From Candidatus Latescibacterota bacterium (GTDB lineage: Bacteria > Latescibacterota > UBA2968 > GCA-2709665), in NCBI GenBank assembly GCA_965205485.1, contig OZ242180.1, positions 2,880,001-2,944,000 on the forward strand: a stretch of DNA of 64,000 bases. Direction: 5' to 3'. The translations under genes and the position numbers were made by a program. Within the stretch, counting starts at the first letter, position 1. Each line of letters opens with the position of its first letter. The notes under the pieces are model-generated. The model did no database searches. It had not been told where the DNA came from and saw only the letters and a list, made by a program, of their open reading frames with translations. This document shows, piece after piece, positions 1 through 9,314 of the stretch.

Positions 1-2
1 AG

Positions 3-1247
3 TCATCGTGGGGGTTCATCCTGTCCCTGGGCGTGTCCACGCCCTTTGTCGCATTGGCTGACGGGAAAGGCGTTGCGGGCGTTGCCCCGGCCGACCCTGC
101 GCTCCAACGGTTCGTGCAAGCGGTGGTCGACGCAAATCCACGCGTCAAGGCGGCTCGGGCCGCGCTGGAGGCGAGACGGAGCGATCGAGACGCCGCATCC
201 CGACCGCTTTACAACCCGGAAATCAATGCAGACTACGAAAGAACGCACGAAACCCGCTACTGGGTCGGCATCGGGTATACGATCGACTGGGGCGGTAAGG
301 GCAGGGCCCGCAGCGCGCTCGCGGAATCGGAGCGGCGTCTCGCCGAGGCGGCGGTCACCCTTGTACGCCGCGGCGTTGCCATTGACCTGCTGAACGGCCT
401 GGCCGCCCATCGGGCCGGCGTCGAACGCGACAGCCTGGCCGCGCGGCGCCAGAGGTTAATGTACGACTTCGCGGAGCTCGCGCAGCGCAGGTTCGAGACG
501 GGCGACGTGAGCCAGGTAGAACTTGATCTGGCGCGTCTTGCATCCGTGGAAGCGCGAATCAATAGAGCGACCGCGGCGGCTTCGCTTGCAGGAGCAAAAC
601 AGGCGGTCCGTGTTTTCGTTCCGGACCTCCCTCCGTCACAGTGGCCTTCGCTCTCTTCCTCTCTGCCGGACCTGCTCGATGGCACCGACGTTCAGTCCCT
701 GATCGAGGCGCTCCCGGAAGTCCTCGCCGCAACTCGCCGGGCGGATGCCGCCAAGGCCCTCGTTGAACTTCGCCGCAGGGAACGGCGACCGGATCCGACG
801 TTAAGCCTGGGTGGCGGCAGCGAGGCAGGCGACCGGCTCACGGTTGTGGAGCTGTCGATCCCGCTGCCGCTGCTCAACCGGTTCGGTGACGAAGTGGATG
901 CGGCCGCGGCCGAACACCGCGGGGCGCAGCAGGCCCGGGAAGACGTGGCGCGACGCGCCCGTGCCCGGCTGATCAGTGCGATGGAACGCTACCGGCTGGC
1001 GCGGACCGCGTGGGAAGACTGGCGGAAGACCGGACAGGCGAGCCTTGAGAGGCAGCGGGAACAACTGCGAAGGCTGTGGCAAGCCGGCGACATCGGCACG
1101 ACGGATTATCTTGTGCATGCCGGTAAGACGCTGGATCTCCGGAAAAGTGCGCTTGACCTGCGGGAAACGCTGTGGGGGGCGTGGCTGGAGTGGTTGTCGG
1201 CTTCGGGACAGGTGGACGCATGGATCGGTTTCACCGCGGACCGTTGA
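3..1247 (+). CDS. TolC/CzcC-family outer membrane efflux protein (probably 5'-truncated by the window edge)
   Basis: Frame is open from base 3. Ala/Arg-rich helical repeats, RRFETGDVSQVEL and LSIPLPLLNR motifs, first gene of a CBA-type operon. Confidence 0.85.
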   Translation, partial: SSWGFILSLGVSTPFVALADGKGVAGVAPADPALQRFVQAVVDANPRVKAARAALEARRSDRDAASRPLYNPEINADYERTHETRYWVGIGYTIDWGGKGRARSALAESERRLAEAAVTLVRRGVAIDLLNGLAAHRAGVERDSLAARRQRLMYDFAELAQRRFETGDVSQVELDLARLASVEARINRATAAASLAGAKQAVRVFVPDLPPSQWPSLSSSLPDLLDGTDVQSLIEALPEVLAATRRADAAKALVELRRRERRPDPTLSLGGGSEAGDRLTVVELSIPLPLLNRFGDEVDAAAAEHRGAQQAREDVARRARARLISAMERYRLARTAWEDWRKTGQASLERQREQLRRLWQAGDIGTTDYLVHAGKTLDLRKSALDLRETLWGAWLEWLSASGQVDAWIGFTADR

Positions 1248-1284
1248 ATCGTCGTATCGGGCGAATCGAGATGGAGAAACACCA

Positions 1285-2406
1285 ATGAACTCCAGGACAC
1301 TCGTTGCATTTTGCGTGAACCTGGCGATCGCTGCCCCTGTCTTTGCGGAGGATGCCGGCCACGGAAAGCCAGGAGGCGACGCGTCCGGAATAGTCGAACT
1401 GACCGCCGAGGAGCAGCGCGCTGCCGGCGTTGTTGTTGACCGCGTTTCACGACGGGCGTTGGGCGAGACCATTCGCGTGCCCGGGAACGTGGAGATCAAT
1501 ATGTACAGGTCCTCCCGGGTTACGCCCCGCATTACGGCTCAGGTCGTCGCACGCCACGTTATCCTCGGTGAATCGGTCAGCGCCGGCCAGCGGATGGTGA
1601 CGCTGTCCAGCGTAGCCATGGCGGAGGCGCAGGCTGAATTGATCGTTGCCAACCGGGAATGGGAACGTTCCAGGAGCCTTGGTCCGGAATCCGTGTCCGA
1701 ACGACGATACACGGAGGCGCGGGTCGCCCGACAGCTGGCGCTGGCCAGAGTTCTGGCCTACGGCATGACCGAGGCGCAGGCGGATGCGCTGATGAGTACC
1801 TCCGAGGCGGAAGGAGCCAGCGGCGTGTTCGATCTGCTGTCACCGCAGGACGGGACGGTTTTGCAGGACAACTTCATCGTAGGCGAACTGATTGAACCCG
1901 GACGCGTGCTGTTCGATATCAGTGACGAATCCGTAATGTGGGTGGAAGCCCGTCCGATCGCCGTGGGCGTGCCCGATATCCACACGGGCGTGCCGGCCCG
2001 GGTCACTCCCGATGGCGTGAACTGGATTGACGGCAAGGTTGTTCAACGCTACCACCGCGTGGACGAGACCACCCGCACCCACGGCGTTCGCATCGAAGTG
2101 GACAACGCGGACGACCAGTTGCACGAGAGGCAGTTCGTCGAGGTAGAGATCGTAACCGGAAGCGGGGATACGGTGTTGGCTGTGCCCAGCGCCGCGGTGA
2201 CAATGATCGGTAACACACCTACCGTGTTCAAAGTCGAGCACGGTCATGAATTTCACGCGGAATCCGTTGTTTCAGGTCCTACCGTAGGCGACTGGACGGC
2301 TGTCTCGGCCGGGCTTCGCGAGGGGGACGTGATTGCGGTCGCCGGCATATTTCATCTCAAATCGCTGATGCTCAAGTCCTCGCTGGGCGGCGGCCACGCG
2401 CACTAG
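1285..2406 (+). CDS. CzcB/CusB-family RND periplasmic adaptor subunit
   Basis: ATG at 1285 after GGAG, signal-peptide-like N-terminus, SPQDGTV and VDETTRT motifs, LAVPSAAV, His-containing C-terminus (GGGHAH). Confidence 0.88.
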   Translation: MNSRTLVAFCVNLAIAAPVFAEDAGHGKPGGDASGIVELTAEEQRAAGVVVDRVSRRALGETIRVPGNVEINMYRSSRVTPRITAQVVARHVILGESVSAGQRMVTLSSVAMAEAQAELIVANREWERSRSLGPESVSERRYTEARVARQLALARVLAYGMTEAQADALMSTSEAEGASGVFDLLSPQDGTVLQDNFIVGELIEPGRVLFDISDESVMWVEARPIAVGVPDIHTGVPARVTPDGVNWIDGKVVQRYHRVDETTRTHGVRIEVDNADDQLHERQFVEVEIVTGSGDTVLAVPSAAVTMIGNTPTVFKVEHGHEFHAESVVSGPTVGDWTAVSAGLREGDVIAVAGIFHLKSLMLKSSLGGGHAH

Positions 2407-2415
2407 GGGAACAGG

Positions 2416-5400
2416 GTGCTGGATAAACTGGTTGAAACCTCGGTGCGCTACAAAGTCCTCGTCCTCATCGCATTCGCGGTGGTCGCCTTTCTGGGGTGGC
2501 GCGCGTATGTAACCGTCCCGATCGATGCTTTCCCCGACGTGACACCCGCCCAGGTCAACATTTACACCGAATCGCCGGGTCTGGCCGCGGAGGACGTCGA
2601 ACAGCTTCTCACCTTTCCCATCGAATCCGGTATGGCGGGCTTGCCGAGGGTGCAGCAGATCCGCTCGGTCAGCCTGTTCGGTCTGTCGTACGTGGCGGTG
2701 TATTTCGAAGACGACATGGACATCTACTTTGCTCGTCGCCTCGTAATGGAACGCCTCCAGGAAGTCGGAGACCGGATTCCCGAAGGTTACGGCACGCCGG
2801 AGATGGGGCCGAATTCCTCGGGCCTGGGCCAGGTGTTCTGGTACACGCTCGAGCGGGCGGATGAAAAGCTCAACGCCGACATCTCGGACATGGATCTGCG
2901 GACGCTCCACGACTGGAGCGTCCGCCTGGTTTTGCGCACGGCGCCAGGCGTGGACGACGTGATTTCCTGGGGAGGCCAGGAGCGCCAGTACCAGGTGGTT
3001 ATGCATCCGTTGAGTCTCATTGAATACGACCTCACCTTCACCGACGTCATCGAAGTGATCGAGGCCAACAACAGGCAGGTCGGGGGTCAATACGTCAACC
3101 TCGGCGCAGAGCAGTTTCTCGTGCGCGGATTGGGCCTGGTCGCGAACGAAGAGGACATCGGCGCAATGGTCCTCAAGGTAGAGGACGGCACGCCGGTCTA
3201 CCTGCGCGACGTCGCGGACATTGTACAGGGTGGCGCCCTGCGTTTCGGCGCCGTGACCCGCGACGGTAAGGAAGTCGTGCTGGGTATGGCCCTTTCGCGC
3301 ATCGGCGAAAACGCCGCTAAGGTGGTCGATGCCGTAAAAGAGAAAGTTGCAATCGTCAACAGGTTGCTTCCGGAAGGCGTTATCCTGCGTCCCGTTTACG
3401 AACGCACGGACCTGGTGGAGCGATCGGTGAACACGGCGAGAAACGCACTTGTGCAGGGCGCTGTTGTGGTGGCCGTCGTGTTGTTTCTCTTTCTCGGCGA
3501 ACTGCGTTCGGCAGTGGTTGTGATCGCGTCCATACCGCTTGCGATGCTGGTCGCCTTCATCTTCATGGGTCAGGCGGGACTCTCTGCGAACCTGATGTCG
3601 CTGGCCGGCCTCGCGGTTGGGATCGGCATGATCGTCGACGGCGCCGTGGTCGTGGTCGAGAACGCCTTTCGCATTATGGCGGAGCAGAAGGAAGCCGGTC
3701 AGACCGTCGACCGTTCCCGCGCCGTGCTGGCCGCCGCGCGAAGCGTGGCGAATCCGATTGCCTTCGCCATCATTATCATCATTGTGGTGTTTCTACCGCT
3801 GTTTGCGCTTGAGGGACTCGAAGGAAAACTGTTCAAGCCCATGGCATTCAATATCAGCTTCGCGATGGCCGGTTCGCTCGTGCTGACGCTCACGCTGATC
3901 CCTGTGTTGGCCGCACTGATCCTCAAGCCGAAGGAGCAGCGCGATACGTGGCTCGTACGCGCGGTCAGGGCGTGGTATATCCCGCTCCTGTCCGGCGCCC
4001 TCGCGAACAAGAAGGTCGTGGTCCGTGTCGCCGTGGGGCTGTTGGCGGCAAGTCTCGCGCTCTTTCCCTTTCTCGGCAGGGAGTTCATGCCCCAGTTGCA
4101 GGAGGGCTCGATCATGTGGCGCGTCACGTCCATCCCGTCCGCGTCGCTCGAGCAGTCGATTGCAATTTCCAAGGACATTGAGAACGCCCTGTCCGGGTTT
4201 CCGGAGGTCAAGACCACCGTGGCCATGATCGGACGCGCCGAAAAGGGCGAGACGGCAGACGTAAACTACATGGAGATCTATACCGAACTCAAGCCCGAAG
4301 ATGAGTGGCCGGGCGACAGGGACATCGGGGAACTCGCAGTAGCGATGCGGGAGAAACTGGAACTCGTGGTACCCACGGCCGTCGTGGCGTTCACGCAGCC
4401 GATCCAGATGCGGGTGGAGGAACTCATATCCGGCGTTCGCGCGACGCTTGCCGCAAAGATCTACGGTGAGGACCTGTCGGAACTCGACCGGTTGAGCTCC
4501 CGGGTCAAGGATGTCATTGCCTCTGTCGACGGTGTGGCCGACCTGTCGCTCGAGGCCAATGTCGGCAAGCCGCAGATCCGCATCCAAGTCAGGAGAGACC
4601 GCCTTGCGCGCTTCGGTATGAACGCCGACGATGTGTTGTCGGTTGTGCGGACGGGTATCGGCAACGAACCGGTGTCTACCCTGATCGACGGCGTCCGACG
4701 GTTCGACATCACCGCACGACTGGAAGACGCGTCCAAGTCCTCCGTGCAGGCGATCGAGCGCATCCCGCTCAAGACGCCCACCGGCGCCATCATTCCCCTT
4801 TCGGAAGTCACCCACGTGAGCGTGGCGCAGGGATATTCGTTCGTGCGACGGGAGCAGCTGTATCGTTACGCCGTCATTCAAATGGACGTCCGGGGCCGCG
4901 ATATCGACGGGTTTGTCCGCGACGCGAACGCGGCCATTGAGAGACTCGTCGACCTGCCGCCGGGTTACTGGATCGAATGGGGTGGCGCGTTCGAGAATCA
5001 GCAGCGCGCGCTGGCGCGACTGTCGGTAATCGTTCCGCTGACAATTTTCTTTATTTTCGTGCTGCTGTACACGGCGTTCAATTCGGTGAAATATGCCACG
5101 TTGATCATCGCAAACGTGCCGTTTGCCACGATCGGGGGACTGATCGCGCTCTTCATCAGCGGACAGTACGTGTCGGTGCCCTCGGCAATCGGATTCATCG
5201 CCGTGTTCGGCGTGGCGATGCTGAACGGCATCGTTCTCGTCAGCTTTATCAACGAACTCAGGCAGCAGGGCCATTCCGTCGAAGAAGCGGTGCGGCAGGG
5301 CGCGGCGCTCCGCCTGCGACCCGTTCTGATGACCGCGAGTACGTCCATCCTGGGCCTGATGCCGATGTTGCTGTCTTCGGGTGTGGGCGCCGAGACGCAG

Positions 5401-5520
5401 CGTCCGCTCGCTTCCGTTGTGGTGGGCGGTCTCATCACCTCGACCCTGTTGACGCTGGTCCTCCTGCCGGTGATCTACGAGTGGATGGAAAAACGCGCCG
5501 AACGTCGGGCGAAACTGTAA
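2416..5520 (+). CDS. czcA: CzcA/CusA-family heavy-metal efflux RND permease
   Basis: 1034 aa with PIDAFPDVT, GMIVDGAVVVVEN, EGKLFKPMA and RLRPVLMTA motifs. Confidence 0.93.
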   Translation: MLDKLVETSVRYKVLVLIAFAVVAFLGWRAYVTVPIDAFPDVTPAQVNIYTESPGLAAEDVEQLLTFPIESGMAGLPRVQQIRSVSLFGLSYVAVYFEDDMDIYFARRLVMERLQEVGDRIPEGYGTPEMGPNSSGLGQVFWYTLERADEKLNADISDMDLRTLHDWSVRLVLRTAPGVDDVISWGGQERQYQVVMHPLSLIEYDLTFTDVIEVIEANNRQVGGQYVNLGAEQFLVRGLGLVANEEDIGAMVLKVEDGTPVYLRDVADIVQGGALRFGAVTRDGKEVVLGMALSRIGENAAKVVDAVKEKVAIVNRLLPEGVILRPVYERTDLVERSVNTARNALVQGAVVVAVVLFLFLGELRSAVVVIASIPLAMLVAFIFMGQAGLSANLMSLAGLAVGIGMIVDGAVVVVENAFRIMAEQKEAGQTVDRSRAVLAAARSVANPIAFAIIIIIVVFLPLFALEGLEGKLFKPMAFNISFAMAGSLVLTLTLIPVLAALILKPKEQRDTWLVRAVRAWYIPLLSGALANKKVVVRVAVGLLAASLALFPFLGREFMPQLQEGSIMWRVTSIPSASLEQSIAISKDIENALSGFPEVKTTVAMIGRAEKGETADVNYMEIYTELKPEDEWPGDRDIGELAVAMREKLELVVPTAVVAFTQPIQMRVEELISGVRATLAAKIYGEDLSELDRLSSRVKDVIASVDGVADLSLEANVGKPQIRIQVRRDRLARFGMNADDVLSVVRTGIGNEPVSTLIDGVRRFDITARLEDASKSSVQAIERIPLKTPTGAIIPLSEVTHVSVAQGYSFVRREQLYRYAVIQMDVRGRDIDGFVRDANAAIERLVDLPPGYWIEWGGAFENQQRALARLSVIVPLTIFFIFVLLYTAFNSVKYATLIIANVPFATIGGLIALFISGQYVSVPSAIGFIAVFGVAMLNGIVLVSFINELRQQGHSVEEAVRQGAALRLRPVLMTASTSILGLMPMLLSSGVGAETQRPLASVVVGGLITSTLLTLVLLPVIYEWMEKRAERRAKL

Positions 5521-5541
5521 GTTTCTCAAAAGGAGAAAACC

Positions 5542-6819
5542 ATGAAGAGCGGCGTTGCGGTGGCGGATATAACGCCCGAACCGGGTCCCGTGCTGCAGGG
5601 ACACTGGAGTACGAATCCCTCGCACTCGGTGCTGTATCCGCTGGAAGTCCGGGCAATCGTGTTCGAAGAGGGGGCCGTAAGGACGGCGATCGCCACCCTC
5701 GATGTCATCGGCGTGACGAAAGAGACGACCGACCGGATCCGCGCACGGGTGACCGAGGCGTGCGGCATCCCCGGGGATCACGTGATGGTGGCGTGCAGCC
5801 ACACGCATTCAGCGCCGGCAACGCTGCCGGCGCTGGGAATGGAACCGCCTGAGGGGTGGATGGATACGATCGAAAGAGAAACCGCGGCGAGCATCGTCCG
5901 CGCGGCTTCGGACCTCAAACCGGTACGGATCGGGTTGGGCTGCGGATCGGCGCATTTCAATATCTGCCGGCGGCCGCTGCCCGGCGCATCCGGCATGACG
6001 CTGAATTTCGGCGGTATCGTGGACCGGCGCGCACGCGTGCTTCTGGTCGAAGCGGAGGACGGCGTTCCACAGGCGGTCCTGTTTCACTATTCATGTCATA
6101 CCACCACCAAGAGTGGGTCCGAGGGTTATATTTCGCCCGACTACGCGGGTATCGCCCGCCGTGTGATCGAAGATGCGATGGGGTGTAAGGCGCTGTTTCT
6201 GGCCGGGTGTTTCGGGAATATCCGGCCCGCCGTAATCAACCGGGAAACGGGAGGGTTCAAATCCGCCACCAAGGCCGAACTGGATGCCTGCGGCGAAGAG
6301 TTGGGCCGGGAGGTGGTGCGCGTGGCAGGGTGTCTGAAGACCCGGCGGTCCTCGCAGTTGAACGCGCGGCGTGCCGACGTGCGGATCTCATTCGGCGACC
6401 ACGATCCGATAGAGGAACTTCGTGAAAAGGCGACCGACGAGAGTGCAAGGGGACGCCTGTTGACTGGGCCGTGGGCCGGCGGCGTTCTGGAGATGATCGA
6501 AAGCAGCGGCATTCCCGACAGCCGCGCGACAGAGATGCAGTTGATGGCGGTGGGTCCGTTGACGTGTGTCACCATACCGGGCGAGCCGGTGCAGGAAATC
6601 GGCCACGCGATCGAAAGACGACTGCGGGGGCTGGTGGACGCGGATGACGTGTGGCCGGTGGGATACGCGAACGACGAAATCGGATACCTCTGTACGGATC
6701 GGCACTACGAGGAGGGGGGTTACGAGCCCAACGCGTACCCCTACTACGGCGAACCGGCTCGATTCCAGGGGGAGGAGCAGACCATCGTGCAGACAGCGGA
6801 GTCCCTTGCGAGGGGGTAG
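5542..6819 (+). CDS. Neutral/alkaline ceramidase-like amidohydrolase
   Basis: AAGGAG RBS; ADITP, CSHTHSAP, YSCH, SPDYAG, PGE, GYAND and EGGYE motifs. Confidence 0.75.
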   Translation: MKSGVAVADITPEPGPVLQGHWSTNPSHSVLYPLEVRAIVFEEGAVRTAIATLDVIGVTKETTDRIRARVTEACGIPGDHVMVACSHTHSAPATLPALGMEPPEGWMDTIERETAASIVRAASDLKPVRIGLGCGSAHFNICRRPLPGASGMTLNFGGIVDRRARVLLVEAEDGVPQAVLFHYSCHTTTKSGSEGYISPDYAGIARRVIEDAMGCKALFLAGCFGNIRPAVINRETGGFKSATKAELDACGEELGREVVRVAGCLKTRRSSQLNARRADVRISFGDHDPIEELREKATDESARGRLLTGPWAGGVLEMIESSGIPDSRATEMQLMAVGPLTCVTIPGEPVQEIGHAIERRLRGLVDADDVWPVGYANDEIGYLCTDRHYEEGGYEPNAYPYYGEPARFQGEEQTIVQTAESLARG

Positions 6820-6823
6820 GGAT

Positions 6824-7888
6824 GTGGCAAGGGGACGCAGAAAAAGCCCTGAACGGTCAGGTTCGGCGAATGTGTCCGGGGGTGCAGTACGGGCGGCGAT
6901 TTATGGAACCGGTGCGTGGGCGAACCAGACCCACATTCCGAACCTGAAGAAGCTGGGCGTGGACGTCGTGGCAGCCTGCGACGTGGATGCCGAGGCCCTG
7001 CGACGTACGGCGGAGCGTTTTGAGATCCCGGCGGTCTATGCCGATGGTCGCGAAATGGTAGAGAACGAGCGGTTCGATGTGCTCTATTCGATTGTGCCCG
7101 CCTTTGCCCGCACGGACGTCGAAATCAGAGCCGTGGAACGCGGAATTCATCTGTTCAGCGAAAAGCCGCAGGCGCTTCGGATGGCCGTGGCGCTCGAGAT
7201 CGACCGGGCGGTCAGGAACGCGGGCGTGTTGAGCACGGTCTGTTTTCGGGAACGGTACCGACCGCTCTTCGGGGAGGCGCGGCGGATACTTTCCGATAAG
7301 CGGATCGTACACGTCGTGTTTCGATCCGTGGGCGGGCCGCCGCCGCGCAAGGAGGGAGTGGAACAGGCTTCCTGGTGGCGCCAGACACACAAATCGGGCG
7401 GTCCGGCGCTCGACTGGGGCGTGCATGCCGTGGATTACATCCGGTTTGCGACGGGATTGGAAGTCGAAAAAGTCCAGGCGTTCTATTGTGAGCAGTCCGA
7501 GGTCTTCAGCGAACCGCTCTCGTCCTCCTTCCATTTCCTGCTGAACAACGGCGCGACGATGGCGATGACGTTCGTACGTGCGGACCCGTCCGGAACACCG
7601 CAGCCGTGGTTCACGTTTTTCTTCGAAGGCGGACGACTGGAGATCTACAGTTACGACAGGATCGATCTGAACGGAGAGACGGTGTACCGCTGCGGGGAAT
7701 TCGATCCCTGGTTCGAGCAGGATCGGATCTTCGTTGAGGCGGTGCGTTCCGGTGATCGCGAAGGGATCCTGAATGATTATCACGATGGACTGTATTCCCT
7801 GGCGCCGGTTCTCGCTGGTTGGGACTCTGCCCGGCAGGGCGGTCGATGTATTGACCTCAAGGCCTACTTCAGTCAGGAGGGACATTGA
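6824..7888 (+). CDS. Gfo/Idh/MocA-family oxidoreductase (start uncertain)
   Basis: AAIYGTG Rossmann start, HLFSEKP, GGPALDWGVHAVD. Confidence 0.85.
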   Translation: MARGRRKSPERSGSANVSGGAVRAAIYGTGAWANQTHIPNLKKLGVDVVAACDVDAEALRRTAERFEIPAVYADGREMVENERFDVLYSIVPAFARTDVEIRAVERGIHLFSEKPQALRMAVALEIDRAVRNAGVLSTVCFRERYRPLFGEARRILSDKRIVHVVFRSVGGPPPRKEGVEQASWWRQTHKSGGPALDWGVHAVDYIRFATGLEVEKVQAFYCEQSEVFSEPLSSSFHFLLNNGATMAMTFVRADPSGTPQPWFTFFFEGGRLEIYSYDRIDLNGETVYRCGEFDPWFEQDRIFVEAVRSGDREGILNDYHDGLYSLAPVLAGWDSARQGGRCIDLKAYFSQEGH

Positions 7889-8721
7889 TGGAAGATAAGG
7901 GATATGCGAATCCCGATCTGCTGATGACGCCCGCGCAGTTGCATGTTCGCCTCCAGGACGCGTCGATATGCATTGTGGACGTCCGGCCCACGCACGAGTA
8001 CGTTTCCGCGCACATCCCGGGGGCGCTGCACCTGGACCTCTACGGTATCAGCCTCAATAACACCGGACGAGAGGCATTCGATGCGTTTATGTGGACGCTG
8101 GCCTACCTGATGGGAAGCCGGGGGATCAGCTCGGATACGACGGTGGTGTTTTACGAGAACGATTCCGGAATGCGCGCGGCCCGAGGTTTCTGGATCTGTG
8201 AATATCTGGGTCACCGCGACGTGCACGTTCTGGACGGGGGGCTTCATGCCTGGACGGCGGCGGGATTCGAGACCACGGTTGAAGTCCCTGTCCCGGTTCA
8301 GGCCACGTTCGCGATGGCGCCCGACGAGACGCGCCACATCGGATTCGAAGAGATTCGGGATTCGCTGGGGAAAGCCGATTTCGTGCCGCTGGATACAAGG
8401 AGCGACGACGAGTATTACGGTCGGGTGGCGCGTTCGGCCCGTGGCGGCGCCATTCCCGACGCGGTGCATATCGAATTTCTGGAAAATCTGGACGAGTCGG
8501 GTGAATTCAAGCCCGCGACGGAGTTGCGCGAAATGTACGAGCGGGCTGGCGTGACGCAGGAGCAGACGGTGGGGTGTTACTGACAGGGCGGGTACCGTTC
8601 CTCCCATTCGTACCTGGCGTTGCGCCTGCTGGGTTATCGAAACGTGCGCAACTATATCGGGTCGTGGAAGGAGTGGGGCGACCGGCTGGATCTGCCGGTG
8701 GAAGTTCCGGAGGCAAGGTAA
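7888..8721 (+). CDS. Tandem-domain rhodanese/sulfurtransferase, probable selenoprotein (in-frame TGA at 8581-8583, codon 232)
   Basis: [29 protein letters not shown] and GAIPDA motifs. After VGCY-TGA the frame continues [32 protein letters not shown] to TAA at 8719-8721. The TGA sits at the catalytic Cys position. Confidence 0.88.
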
Positions 8722-8790
8722 TCGGATCGGGGCAGATTGACGAGTCCTGAGACGTCGCCCGGGGTGTGGCGACGGGGGGACGGGATGACT

Positions 8791-9264
8791 TCAGACCCCT
8801 CCCATTTCACAGACGACTTCAAAGTCTGGTTTCATGACGGGCTGGACGGATAGACGCTGGCCCCGCCGGACAACCAGCATTTCACCCAGTTCAGGATTGG
8901 CCTTGAGGTCTTTAAGACGAACATACGTCTTGAAGGCCTTTTTCCATTTGACGTCGACGGAGTACCAACGGGGATCGTCCGGCGAGGATTTGGCATCGTA
9001 GTAGTTGCTCTCCGGGTCGAAGGCCGACGGGTCGGGGTAGGCCGCCCGCACGATTTCCGCCAACCCCGCAATGCCGGGTTCGTCACAATTTGACTGATAG
9101 AAGAGGACGATGTCGCCCGTTTGCATATCGTCCCGGATGAAGTTTCGGGCCTGGTAGTTGCGAACGCCGCGCCACTTTCCGGTGCTGTTCGGCCGTTTGT
9201 TCTTCAGGTCGTCGAAGCTGCATTCGCTGAATTCGCACTTCATCAGCCAGTATCTTGTCGGCAT
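8791..9264 (-). CDS. EVE domain protein
   Basis: YWLMK, W.GVRNYQARNF, GD.VLFY.S, YPDP.AFDP...YYD.KS and RLSVQPV motifs; GAGGAG RBS. Confidence 0.92.
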   Translation of the reverse strand: MPTRYWLMKCEFSECSFDDLKNKRPNSTGKWRGVRNYQARNFIRDDMQTGDIVLFYQSNCDEPGIAGLAEIVRAAYPDPSAFDPESNYYDAKSSPDDPRWYSVDVKWKKAFKTYVRLKDLKANPELGEMLVVRRGQRLSVQPVMKPDFEVVCEMGGV

Positions 9265-9314
9265 AATCTCCTCGTATACAATTGGGGCGCGGCGCAATCC
9301 GCGCGTTTTTTCGT

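Noticed and set aside
3..5520. CzcCBA efflux operon as a novelty
   Set aside because: Canonical organisation and motifs; nothing unusual seen.
3793..5808. 671-aa minus-strand ORF
   Set aside because: Antisense shadow of czcA, a common high-GC codon-bias artefact; no motifs.
7885..8583. Rhodanese as a complete 232-aa protein or a nonsense pseudogene
   Set aside because: The stop falls exactly on the catalytic Cys and the downstream frame is intact and conserved, so Sec read-through is more parsimonious (pending a check for sel genes).
8791..9264. EVE protein as part of a modification-dependent defence system
   Set aside because: Stand-alone EVE domain with no fused or adjacent nuclease.
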